A stretch of 64,000 nt of DNA from an uncultured Actinomycetes bacterium (GTDB lineage: Bacteria; Actinomycetota; Thermoleophilia; Gaiellales; Gaiellaceae): contig CAVYQG010000002.1 in the NCBI GenBank assembly GCA_963770595.1, positions 155,866 to 219,865 of the forward strand, written 5' to 3'. The position numbers were made by a program, and so were the translations under genes. Below are positions 18,857 through 28,429 of this stretch, piece after piece. Position 1 is the first letter of the stretch; each line of letters opens with the position of its first letter. The notes beneath the pieces are model-generated. The model had not been told where the DNA came from and did no database searches. It saw nothing but the letters and a program-made list of their open reading frames with translations.

Positions 18857-20087
18857 ATGAGCGCCGCGCCCGTCCGGAAGAAGCGCCGTCTCCGCGCTCG
18901 TCACCGCCGAGGTCTTCTCCGTCCTCGGCACGCGCATGACGTACCTGGCGCTCCCGTGGTTCGTGCTCGTCACGACGGGCTCGCCGGGGAAGATGTCGCT
19001 CGTCCTCGCGGCCGAGCTCGCGCCGATGGCCGTCCTCGGCATCCCGAGCGGCGCGCTCGTCCAGCGGCTGGGGGCGCGGAACACGATGCTGCTCGCCGAC
19101 TTCGCGCGCGCGCCGATCCTCGCCTCGATCCCGCTCCTGCACGCGGCCGACATGCTGAGCTTCCCCCTGCTCCTCGGCCTCGTCGCGCTCCTCGGCTGCT
19201 TCATGCCGGCGTACTTCGCCTCGCAGCGCGTGATCCTGCCGGAGCTCGTCGGCGAGGACGAGCGCACGATGTCGCAGGCGAACAGCCTCATCGAGGGCGG
19301 CAGCGCGTTCGCGGCGCTCATCGGGCCGGCGCTCGCGGGGCTCCTCATCCCGTTCATCGGCGCACCGAACGTCCTCTACGTCGACGCCGCGACCTACGTC
19401 GTGGCCTTCCTCCTCGTTCTCGTCTTCGTCCCTCGGCGAAAGCCGGTCGTGGCGGAGCAGACCGGCGGAGTGCTCGACGGTGTCCGGTTCCTGCGCCGGG
19501 ACAGCCTCCTCGCACCGATCGCCGGGATCGTCGTCGCGACGGGGTTCCTCGGAGCGGGGATGTCGGCGGGGCTCCCCGTCTACGCCTACTCCGAGTTCGA
19601 CGGGAGCTCCCGGATCGCCGGGCTGTTCTACGCTGCGCTCGGGGCGGGGGCGGTCGTCGGCAGCATCGCCGCGGTCATGGCCGTCCGGAAGGTCGCGCCG
19701 CTCAGGCTCGCCGGCCTCGCGATCCTCGCCTTCGTCGTGCCGATCTGGGTGCTCCCGTTCCTGCCGCCGTGGCCGCTCGTCGTCGCGGCGCTGTTCGTCG
19801 CGATGTTCTTCACACCGCTCATCAACGGCCCGTTCTTCGCCGTTCTCACGTCACGTACGCCGGAGGCGCTGCGCGCCAAGGTCATGACCGCGGTGATCTC
19901 GGTCAACACGCTCGCCGCGCCGCTCGGCTTCCTCCTCGCGGGCCAGGTGCTCGAGCGCTTCGGCGTCGCGACGCTGTTCACGCTGGTCGCCGTGGGCATG
20001 ACGCTGGCCGCGCTCTCGTTCGCCGCGATCGCGCTGCGCTTCCGCGAGCTCGACCTCGCACCCGAGCCCGAGCCGGCAGTGCCCTGA
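18857..20087 (+). CDS. MFS transporter (EntS/MFS_3-like); probable frame break near 18890
   Basis: ATG 18857 gives MSAAPVRKKR. The next frame then gives ALVTAEVFSVLGTRMTYLALPWFVLVTTGSPGKMSLVL..., a typical MFS_3 N-terminus. 12-TM-like hydrophobic pattern to 20087. Confidence 0.8.
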
Positions 20088-20102
20088 CCACGGACGCCGA
20101 GC

Positions 20103-20131
20103 GCCGGCGCGGGGCCGTGGCCCGCGCCGGC
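20103..20131. terminator. Bidirectional GC hairpin between convergent genes
   Basis: GCCGGCGCGGGGCC-GT-GGCCCGCGCCGGC (13-bp stem with one bulged G). Lies between the MFS stop (20087) and the end of the minus-strand gene at 20156. Confidence 0.5.
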
Positions 20132-20155
20132 GGTCGGCGTGTGTGCCCCTCCCCG

Positions 20156-20632
20156 TTACCGGAGGCAGGTGGCGTAGGTGGTCACGGTCGCCGGAGCCGT
20201 GTCGCTGGCGTTGCCGAGGAACATGCTCCAGCTCGAGTCGCTCGCCGGGTACGAGTCGAACCCGAGGACGAGCTCGTTGGTCGAGAAGCCGCCGCCCAGG
20301 ACCTTCTGGCCGGCGTCGCACGCCACGGTGAACTGCTGAATCGCGCCGGGACCGATGGTGCCGGAGCCCGTCTTGATCGCGACCAGCCCGGCAGCGCTGC
20401 TCGCCGGGCCGGGCGCCCGGGCCGCGGCCTGAGCCGCCCTGACGGCGGCCGCGTTGAGCTGAGCGGCGGTCTGGCCGCCGACCTTCTTCGCGTTGTCGGC
20501 GACGAGCGCCCGCTTGGCGAGCGGCACCGCCTGGGTCGCGACGGCGCCGGCCGTGCCACCGAGGGCGACGAACAGCGCGATCATCGCCACGACGAAGGCG
20601 GGAGTCGGCCGCCTCGTCCGCTTTCCGTCCAT
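20156..20632 (-). CDS. Membrane-anchored/secreted hypothetical protein
   Basis: Start chosen at MDGKRTRRPTPAFVVAMIALFVALGGTAGA, because the longer ORF start at 20707 would overlap the upstream promoter repeats. Ordinary composition; C-terminal Cys pair. Confidence 0.6.
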   Translation of the reverse strand: MDGKRTRRPTPAFVVAMIALFVALGGTAGAVATQAVPLAKRALVADNAKKVGGQTAAQLNAAAVRAAQAAARAPGPASSAAGLVAIKTGSGTIGPGAIQQFTVACDAGQKVLGGGFSTNELVLGFDSYPASDSSWSMFLGNASDTAPATVTTYATCLR

Positions 20633-20686
20633 TCCGAACCTCGCTTTCTGCGCCTTTCCTCCGTGTCGGCGCGTCGTGTCGAGACG

Positions 20687-20718
20687 AGCATCCGAGCGGG
20701 CGCTCAAGAAACGCTCAA
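20687..20718 (-). promoter_or_regulatory. Type I heptad-repeat promoter (TTGAGCG-N4-TTGAGCG-N8-GATGCT)
   Basis: Read on the minus strand. Heptads at 20712-20718 and 20701-20707 (11-bp phase), an 8-nt gap, then hexamer at 20687-20692. Upstream of gene 20156..20632. Confidence 0.55.
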
Positions 20719-20720
20719 GT

Positions 20721-20749
20721 GGACAGGCCGCCTCCCCGGCGGCCTGTCC
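20721..20749 (-). terminator. Terminator hairpin after gene 20765..21613
   Basis: Perfect 12-bp stem GGACAGGCCGCC/GGCGGCCTGTCC with 5-nt loop, 16 nt past the stop codon. Confidence 0.65.
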
Positions 20750-20764
20750 ACGCCTGGCCGCGAC

Positions 20765-21613
20765 TCAGCGGACGCGGTAGGAGAACGCCCTCGTCACCGG
20801 CGGCGCGTCGTCCGTCGAGACCGTGAGCGTCCCGCGCAGCGTCTTCCCCTTCGCGGTCTTCGGGAGTCGCATGGCGCAGCGCGCCGCACCACCCGAGACC
20901 GTGCCCGCGGAGCGGAGCGACGCCGTTCCGACGCGTGCCTTGCAGGACACCTTCCCCGTGAGAAAGGCCTGTGCGTCGCTTCGCGTGACCGCTGCGGAGA
21001 CCGCGAACGGCTTGCCTGCGACCGGGCGGGCCGGGTTCGCCCTCGGCGAGCCCACCGTGAGGGTCAGCGGGAAGAGCGAGTACTCGTACAGGGGCGCCGC
21101 ATCCGGCGCGAAGTCGGCGTCGTTCGGCGTCGCATCGTTCTCGTCGTCCCGCTCGGCCTCGACGAGGAACGTGAACTTCTCCACGTCGGAGAGGTCGCTG
21201 CGGTTGATCTGCGCGGTCAGGACTCCACCGGCGTAGCTCGAGGTGAGCGTAGACGTGAAGTCGATGATGATGAAGTTGCCGCTCACGGAGAATAGGAACC
21301 CCGTGCCGAGCTCCCCGCTGTGGCCGAAGAAGTGGTCCGCGCCGAGCCCGCGAATCGGGAACCCGGTGGCGGGATCTCGGTCGGAGTCGACGTAGACGTA
21401 GATCGACGCGGTGGGATCCAGCACTGCCTGGTTCGTGGTCACGGCGAACGTGAGCGTGCCGCCTGCGTCGTGCGACACCCGAACCGCGGTCGTGTCGGGT
21501 GCTGTCCCGGAGTCGCCCGCGGGATCGGCGTACGACCGATCGGCGTAGGCGCCGGGGACGGTGAGGAGCGCGAGCGCTCCGGCAAGGATCGAGGCGATCG
21601 TGAGCTTGTTCAT
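20765..21613 (-). CDS. Secreted hypothetical protein
   Basis: GGAGG 6 nt upstream of the ATG. Sec signal MNKLTIASILAGALALLTVPGAYA. Balanced composition. Confidence 0.7.
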   Translation of the reverse strand: MNKLTIASILAGALALLTVPGAYADRSYADPAGDSGTAPDTTAVRVSHDAGGTLTFAVTTNQAVLDPTASIYVYVDSDRDPATGFPIRGLGADHFFGHSGELGTGFLFSVSGNFIIIDFTSTLTSSYAGGVLTAQINRSDLSDVEKFTFLVEAERDDENDATPNDADFAPDAAPLYEYSLFPLTLTVGSPRANPARPVAGKPFAVSAAVTRSDAQAFLTGKVSCKARVGTASLRSAGTVSGGAARCAMRLPKTAKGKTLRGTLTVSTDDAPPVTRAFSYRVR

Positions 21614-21633
21614 CGGGGCCTCCTTTCGCGACG

Positions 21634-21665
21634 ATCGTCGGCGCGCGCGCTCAAGGGACGCTCAA
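21634..21665 (-). promoter_or_regulatory. Type I heptad-repeat promoter (TTGAGCG-N4-TTGAGCG-N8-GACGAT)
   Basis: Heptads at 21659-21665 and 21648-21654; hexamer at 21634-21639. Upstream of gene 20765..21613. Confidence 0.55.
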
Positions 21666-21681
21666 GGGGGTGGGGTCGGCG

Positions 21682-22077
21682 TCACTCCTCGACGAACTCG
21701 ACGGTCGTGCGCCCGGAGACGACGAGCCGCCCGCGGTCGTACCAGCGGCCCTCGAAGCGGTGCCAGCCGGCCGCGAGGCCGCCGGGAAAGTCCGCGAAGC
21801 TGTGCTTGCTCACGGGCCGCCCGCTCTCGACGCGGAGATCGGTGACGAGCACGATGCGCTCGCCGTCCACCTCGAGCTCGAACCGCGTGTCGTCGTCGAG
21901 TGCGGACACGTCGTCGTCCGCGTCGCCCGGCTCGCGGGCGAACCCGTAGCCGATCCAGAACGGTGCGCCGGCGGGGTAGACGGCGGGCGTGACGGAGCCG
22001 GGGAAGATCCCGATCCGGTCTCCGGGACGGCCTGCGAGCTCCGATCCGGGTGGCGTGACGAGGACGAAGGCTGCCAT
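21682..22077 (-). CDS. Hypothetical cytoplasmic protein downstream of the S8 protease gene
   Basis: 131-aa ORF of normal composition with no signal peptide, 86 nt after the protease stop and without a heptad promoter of its own. Confidence 0.55.
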   Translation of the reverse strand: MAAFVLVTPPGSELAGRPGDRIGIFPGSVTPAVYPAGAPFWIGYGFAREPGDADDDVSALDDDTRFELEVDGERIVLVTDLRVESGRPVSKHSFADFPGGLAAGWHRFEGRWYDRGRLVVSGRTTVEFVEE

Positions 22078-22163
22078 GTGTCGGGTCCTTTCGGTCGGTG
22101 TGAGTGATCCGGAAGCGGGTGCGGGCGACGGCCCGGGAGCCGCCGCCCGCAGTCGAGCGTGTG

Positions 22164-24141
22164 TCAGCGGAGCGAGATCGACGCGCAGCTCTGCGCGCTG
22201 GTGTTCCCCGCGCGATCGAACGCACGGACGCAGTGCTGGTACCGCCCGCCGGCCTTCACCGGCGCGCGCCAGCCGAGCGTCACCCTGGTGGCGCCCGAGC
22301 CCTTGATGAACCCGCGCCGGAGCGTTGCGACCACGCGCCCGTTTCGCTTCACCTGTGCCTCGACGCGGAACTCGCCGGACTCGTCCGCGATCCGCGAGGC
22401 GAGCGAGACCATGCGTCCGTGCCGTCCCTTGCCAGCGAGAGCGATCGCCCGAGGCGCCACGAGGTCCGGGGCCTTCGGCATGCGGAGCTCGCCTGCGCCG
22501 TACACGCTGTCCGCCGCGGGTGCGCCCAGGTCACGGGCGCTCCGCATGAGGAACGCCTGGAGCTCGGCCGGCCCGAGCGACGGGTAGGCCTGCTCGACGA
22601 GCGCCGCGGCTCCGGCGACCTCCGGGGACGACGCCGACGTGCCCGCGAACCCGCTCGGGCAGCCGATGAACGGCCCGTACGTCGCGCTGGAGACGCTGTC
22701 GTGCCCCACGAGCTCGGGCTTCATGCGCCCGTCGATCGTCGGCCCCTGCGAGCTGTACGGCTCGAGCTGCCCGCTCTGCCAGCAGAGCGCGCCGACCGCG
22801 AGCGCCGCGCCGGACGTCGCCGGGTCGACGACGCTTCCCGCCGCGACCGCATACTGGAGCGGCGGGCTGTAGCTGAACAGGTCGAGCCGCGGATTCGACT
22901 TCACGTCGTAGCCGACGATCGCCCAGTAGACGACGAGGTCGCGTCCGCTGGACTGCCCGACGCACAGGGCCTCGAACGGAGGCTGGCTGCCCGTCTGGTA
23001 CTCCTCGGAGATCGCGACGAGCTCGTTCGACCCCGACTCGACGAGCGCGAGGTCGAAGTCGGAGACCGCACCGGGCCACTCGTCCCACTTGAGGAACCCG
23101 CAGATCTCGGAGTCGTCCGGCCAGATGAACGAGTTGCCCTCGTCGCCGTTCGGCGCCCAGTCGTGAATGCGGTCACCACCGCCGGAGAACGTCCCCGACC
23201 AGTGGGTCTCGCCTTCGTTCCCGGCAGCGTTCACCCACAGGATCCCGTTCGCGCGGGCGTCCGCGACGAGCGAGCCGATGTAGCCGGTCCCGTCGCCGCG
23301 CGACGGCCCGAACCAGCCCACCGAGTGGTTCACGATCGCGACGCCCTGGCTCTTGGCGTACGCGACGGCTGCGGCGAGGTCGACCTCCGTGCTCATGCAG
23401 ACGAGGTAGAGCTGCGCCTCCGGAGCCATCTCGTGGACGATCTCCGCGACGCCGGTGCCGTGGTCGGTCGCACTCGCGTGCTTCCCGCCGCAGAAGTCGA
23501 CGTTGACGACGTTCGCGGGCAGGTCGCCCTCGGCCTGCCGCTGGGCGAGCCCGGCGAAGCCGCCGTCGATGATCGCGACCTTGACGCCCTTGCCCCTCAG
23601 GCCGGCCGCGTGCCAGGCCTGCGCGAGCGTCGTCGCCGCGGACTCGCCCGACACCGCCTGCTCCACGTGCCGGTAGGGCGCGCGGACGAGGTCCACCGCT
23701 AGCCGAGCGCGAGAGCGAGACGAGCCCGCCCTGCGGGATCACGGCCTGCAGGAGCCCCGTCGACGAGCGCTCTACGCGACCCCCGGCCGCGCGAACTGCC
23801 CGGCGGGCGGCCTCGGGGTTGCGGGTCTCGAGGACGACGCGCACGTTCCCGCCACCCGCGGCGACTCCCGCCGTGCTCGGCCGGAACCTGCGCGGGCCCC
23901 GCTCGAGCGCGAGCGCGGCGAGGCGTGCGTCGAGCTTTCCCGCAAAGCGATTGCCGTTGGATTCGAGCGTCAGGCTGTCCTGCATGCGAACGGGCTGCCC
24001 GCGAGCAAGATCTCCGGTCAGGAGCGGTCGTGCCTGGGCCGGGCGGCCCGAGGCCGAGGGGGACGCGGCGACCACGAGGGCCGCGAGGACGGCGACCGCG
24101 AGAGCCGCGGGCGCCGGGACGAGTGAGCGAGTGCCGAACAT
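22164..24141 (-). CDS. Secreted subtilisin-like serine protease (S8) with N-terminal propeptide; one frame break near 23699
   Basis: AAGGAGG SD. Signal MFGTRSLVPAPAALAVAVLAALVVAASPSASG. I9-like propeptide (VRVVLETRNPEAARRAVRAAGGRVE...). After the break come catalytic D (VKVAIIDGGF), H (DHGTGVAEIV) and S (GTSASSPEVAGAAAL). Confidence 0.85.
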
Positions 24142-24170
24142 CGGATGCCTCCTTGGTGGTTGGAGGCTTC

Positions 24171-24202
24171 ACGGTGCGTCCGGTCACTCAAGAAACGTTC
24201 AA
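24171..24202 (-). promoter_or_regulatory. Type I heptad-repeat promoter (TTGAACG-N4-TTGAGTG-N8-CACCGT)
   Basis: Heptads at 24196-24202 and 24185-24191; hexamer at 24171-24176. Upstream of the S8 protease, in the intergenic region shared with the divergent SARP-cyclase gene. Confidence 0.5.
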
Positions 24203-24263
24203 GCGCGGGGGGGTAGCGACCTCGTGTGCGCCATGACAAGCTACGCCCGTCGACCGGCGAGGA

Positions 24264-27200
24264 GTGGCAATGGGTGCAGAGCGCCGGGCAGGCGATGACG
24301 AGCTCGAGATCAGGCTTCTCGGCCCGCTGGAGGCGCTGAGAGGCGGAAGCGCGGTCGCGCTCGGCGGCCAGAAGCCGCGGGCGCTTCTCGCGGCGCTCGC
24401 GCTGGACACCGGCCGCGTCGTCTCAGTGGACGCTCTGATCGAGGATCTGTGGCCGGGCGAGGCGCCGGAGACGGCCCCGCACGCCGTGCAGGTGTACGTG
24501 TCGCAGCTCCGCAAGGCGCTCGGGCCGGTCATCGCGACGCGCCCGCCCGGCTATGCGCTCGAGCTCGAGCGCGACCGGATCGACGTCCACCGCTTCCAGC
24601 GGCTGGGCGATGACGGCCGCGCCGCACTGAACGCCGGCAGCCCCGAGCTCGCCGAGGGCGCGCTCCGCGACGCTCTCGCGCTCTGGCGCGGCCCCGCGCT
24701 CGCCGACTTCCTGTACGAGCCGTTCGCGCAGAACGAGATCGCGCGGCTCGAGGAGCTCCGCACGGTCGTGCTCGAGGAGCGGATCGACGCCGACCTCGCC
24801 CTCGGCCGCCACGCCGAGCTCGTCTCCGAGCTCGAGGGCCTCGTCGCGCGCGCAGCCGCTGCGGGAGCGGCCGCGCGCGCAGCTCATGCTCGCGCTCTAT
24901 CGCTCCGGCCGGCAGGCAGATGCGCTGGCCGCGTACCGCACGGCGCGCGAGACTCTCGATCGAGGAGCTCGGCATCGACCCCGGCCCGGAGCTCCGCGAG
25001 CTCGAGGCCGCGATCCTGCGCCAGGACGAGTCGCTGCTCCTCCCCGAGACGGCGCCGGTCAAGCCCGCGATGCAGTTCCGCCGGCTCGTCACGATCCTCT
25101 TCGTCGACGTCGTCGAGTCGATGGCACTGGCGGAGGCGCTCGACCCGGAGGCGCTCGGACGCGTGCTCCAGAGCTACTTCGAGACCGTGTCTGCGGCGCT
25201 CACCCGGCATGGCGGGACGGTGGAGAAGTACGCGGGTGACGCCGTGATGGCCGCGTTCGGTATTCCCGTCTCGCACGAGGACGACGCGCTGCGCGCCGCA
25301 CGCGCTGCCCTCGACATCCGGGTCGGGATCGCGGCGCTCAACGAGCAGCTCGTGCAGAAGCACGGAGTCGGGCTCGAGATCAGCGTCGGGATCGAGGCCG
25401 GTGAGGTCGTCGCCACGCCGACCGACGCGCGGCAACGCCTCGTGACAGGCGAGGCCGTGGGGATCGCGGCGAAGCTCGAGCAGGCGGCCGCTGCGGACGA
25501 GATCGTCGTCGGCGCTCTGGCCGGCCGGCTGATCGACCACGTCGCGACGCTCGAGCCGCTCGGAGAGATCGCGATCAAGGGCAAGCGTGATCCGGTGACC
25601 GGCGTACCGGCTGGTCGAGTTGCGCCCCGTCGGGTCGGCCTTCGACGAGCGCCAGGACGCGCGACTCGTCGGCCGCAAACGCGAGCTCGCGACGCTGCGG
25701 AGGACACTCAAGCGCTCGGTCGACGGCGCGGCCGTCAGCGTCGCGGTCGTCGTCGGTCCGCCCGGAGTCGGCAAGTCGCGCCTCGCCGCGGAGCTCACCG
25801 GCCGCGCCAAGGGCGTCACGACGCTGTGGGGCCGCTGCCTCTCCTATGGCGAGGGCATCACGTACTGGCCGCTGCGCGAGGCGCTCGAGCAGGCGGGCGC
25901 GGGGGAAGAGCGTGACGCAGTCCTCGCGGCGCTCGACGCCGAGACGCCCCCGTCCGGCGCCCGAGACCGCGTGGCTCTTCCGCCGCTTCTGCGAGGCGAC
26001 CGCCGGCGAGAAGCCGCTCGTCCTCGTCCTCGACGACGTCCACTGGGCCGAGCCGACCTTTCTCGAACTCGTCGAGCACCTTACGGACAAGGGCGTGGGG
26101 CCGATCGCCGTGGTCTGCCTCGCGCGCGAGGAGCTCCTCGAGGACCGCCCCGCGTTCCTCGAGGGGCGCGTGAACGTCGATCGAATCGTGCTCGACGCGC
26201 TCTCTGCGGAGGACACCGACTCGCTCCTCGACGGCCTCGGCGGGACGGTCCTCGAGTCGGATCAACGCGTCCGCATCGTCGAGACCGCGGAGGGGAATCC
26301 GCTCTTCGTCGAGCAGCTCCTCGCGCTCGCGCTCGAGGGCGGCCTCGCCGAACGTCCGCTTCCTGCGACGATCCAGGCCCTGCTGGCGGCGCGCCTCGAC
26401 CGGCTCGGCCCCGGCGAGCGCGCGGTGCTCGAACGCGGATCGATCGTGCTCAGGAACTTCACCCTGGACGACGTCGCGGCGCTGGTCGAGCCCGAGGCCG
26501 CGCCGACCGTAGGGGCGCACCTCGATGCCCTCGTGGCTCGCGGCTTCCTGCGTCCCCTCGCGGACGATGCCTTCCGCTTCCGCCACGTCCTCGTCCAGGA
26601 GGCGGTCTATCGCGCCGCTCCGAAGCGGCTGCGGGCGGAGCTGCACGAGCGCTTCGCAGGCCGGCTGGACGCCGACGTGCCGGATCTCGCCGACCTCGAC
26701 GAGTTCGTCGGCTACCACCTCGAACGGGCGTATCGGCTGCGGGTCGAGCTGGGCGAGTCCGATCGGCGCGTACAGTCGCTGGCCGAGGACTCGGGCCGAC
26801 GGCTCGGCGCTGCGGGCTTCCGCGCGCTCAAGCGCGGAGACATGTCCGCGACGGTGAACTTGCTCGACCGCGCTGTTGACCTGCTTCCGCGCGGCGACGA
26901 GGCGCGTCACGAGCTCCTGTGCGAGCTCGGGATCGCGCGCGATGCCTCGGGCGACCTTGAACGTGGCACCGACGACTTTCTGGCCGCGATCGACGGCGCT
27001 CGGGCCGCAGGGCAACGGCGGGTCGAGCTTCGGGCTCGCATCGAGGCGGCATATGCGCGGCTCCTCGGCGAGCCAGAAGGAGCGGCACGGGATCTGCTCG
27101 TCCTGGCGAAGGACGCTGTCCCGACGTTCGAGGCACTCGGCGATGAGCGAGGGCTGGCGCGCGCGTGGCTCCTGATCGGTTACGTGCGCGGAGGGATTCA

Positions 27201-28032
27201 CGGAGACCATGCTGCGTGGGAGCAGGCGGAGGAGCGTGCGCTCGGCTACTACCGAAGCACTGGGTTCCCACCCGCGACGTGCATGCAGCAGATCGCTGCA
27301 GCCGTCTACTGGGGTCCGACTCCCGTGGCGCACGGGATCGAGAAGTGCTCGAACTTGCTCGAGGAGCACGCCGCTGGCCAGTTCGGACGCGCGGCGGTCA
27401 TACCGTTCCTCGGCGGGCTCCACGCACAGGCTGGCGACTTCACGGAGGCGCGCCTGCTCATAGACGAGGCAGCCGGGACACTCACCGATCTCGGCGCCGC
27501 TGCGACCGTGATGGTCTTCTGTGGAACCGTGCGAGCGGACGTCGAGCTACTCGCCGGCGAGCTCGAGGCCGCGGAGGCGACGCTGCGCGAGCAATGCGAG
27601 TTCTTCGAACGGATGCGGAATCGTGGCACCTTGGCGGTCAGAGCAGCGAAGCTCGCCGAGGCGCTCTACCGGCAGGGACGGCTCGAGGATGCCGAGCAAT
27701 GGGCAGACGTCGCCCGATCCAACACGTCGAGCGACGATCAGAGCGCTCTGCTGGTCCTCGGCCCCGTGGAAGCGAGGCTTCTTGCACGACGCGGCGAGCT
27801 CTCCGAGGCTCGCGACCTGGCCGAAGAGGCTGTGCGCCTCGCGGACCGCACCGACGGGCTGAATCTGATCGCCTTCGCGCGGCTTGCGCTTGCCGAGGTG
27901 CTCGGCGCAGCCGATCTCGTCGACGAGGCTCAGCGTACGATCGCGGAGGCGATCGATCTGTTCGAACGGAAGGGCAACGTTGTCGCGGCCTCGCAGGCTC
28001 GTGCGCTCCTGGGCGTCGAGGTCACCACATGA
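24264..28032 (+). CDS. Multidomain regulator: SARP wHTH + BTAD + class III adenylate/guanylate cyclase + AAA/STAND ATPase + TPR; four frame breaks (~24850, ~24956, ~25601, ~25958)
   Basis: The ATG at 24270 has a GAGGAG SD. wHTH: IRLLGPLEALRGGSAVALGGQKPRALLAALAL...VYVSQLRKAL. BTAD: ALALWRGPALADF...LMLALYRSGRQADALAAY...LGIDPGPELRELEAAIL. Cyclase: VTILFVDVVES...GGTVEKYAGDAVMAAFG. Walker A VVVGPPGVGKSRL; Walker B LVLVLDDVHWAE. Long helical repeat C-terminus. Confidence 0.8.
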
Positions 28033-28063
28033 CGAGGGAGGCCCAACGAGCGGGCCTCCCTCG
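28033..28063. terminator. Bidirectional terminator hairpin between the regulator and the convergent mini-gene
   Basis: Perfect 12-bp stem CGAGGGAGGCCC/GGGCCTCCCTCG with 7-nt loop. It begins 1 nt after the regulator's TGA and ends 20 nt beyond the mini-gene stop. Confidence 0.7.
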
Positions 28064-28083
28064 TAGCTTCAGTGTGTCGCGCA

Positions 28084-28194
28084 CTACCCGCCCTGCGGGC
28101 CGCCGTCGGCATATGCGACGAACGGAGCCGCGAGCGCGAGCAGACCGACTGCGAGCACGACGAGCGTGCGGTGCAGTGAAGTGACCTGGCGCAT
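28084..28194 (-). CDS. 36-codon secreted pre-peptide (MRQVTSLHRTLVVLAVGLLALAAPFVAYA|DGGPQGG)
   Basis: Strong SD GAGAGGAGGG 5 nt before the ATG. Canonical n-h-c signal peptide with an AxA site that leaves a 7-residue tail. It has its own heptad promoter and its own terminator. Confidence 0.5.
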   Translation of the reverse strand: MRQVTSLHRTLVVLAVGLLALAAPFVAYADGGPQGG

Positions 28195-28230
28195 CGTTCC
28201 CTCCTCTCGGGTTCTCTGGGTGCGCCGGTC

Positions 28231-28284
28231 ACGCTCGAGCCGACCGCTAACCGCCCGACCACAGACGGCTAACGGATCGCTAAT
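28231..28284 (-). promoter_or_regulatory. Type II phased-heptad promoter (ATTAGCG / GTTAGCC / weak / GTTAGCG -N8- GAGCGT)
   Basis: Minus-strand heptads at 28278-84, 28267-73, 28256-62 (weak) and 28245-51, all on an 11-bp phase. Hexamer at 28231-36. Upstream of the mini-gene. Confidence 0.5.
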
Positions 28285-28370
28285 AACTCGTGTCGCGTCA
28301 ATGCAATTCCGGCGCTCGATTTCCATGCGCCGGATGCTCGAATTTCACGAGCTATTTCACATCGGAATAA

Positions 28371-28398
28371 TCATGATTTCTCGTCGGAGAAACCATGA
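28371..28398 (-). terminator. Hairpin downstream of the GtrA operon
   Basis: TCATGATTTCTC-GTCG-GAGAAACCATGA (12-bp stem, one mismatch), 32 nt after the gtrA-like stop and followed on the minus strand by TTATTCC. Confidence 0.45.
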
Positions 28399-28429
28399 TC
28401 TTGAGCGAGTGAGGAGGTAGGGAAATGTC

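Noticed and set aside
28342-28360. Direct repeat ATTTCAC-N5-ATTTCAC and nearby inverted repeat CCGGCGC-N11-GCGCCGG (28308-28332) in the AT-richer spacer upstream of the mini-gene.
   Set aside because: It is a single occurrence with 12-bp spacing and no counterpart elsewhere in the window. It may belong to the GtrA operon terminator region. The evidence is too thin to call a binding site.
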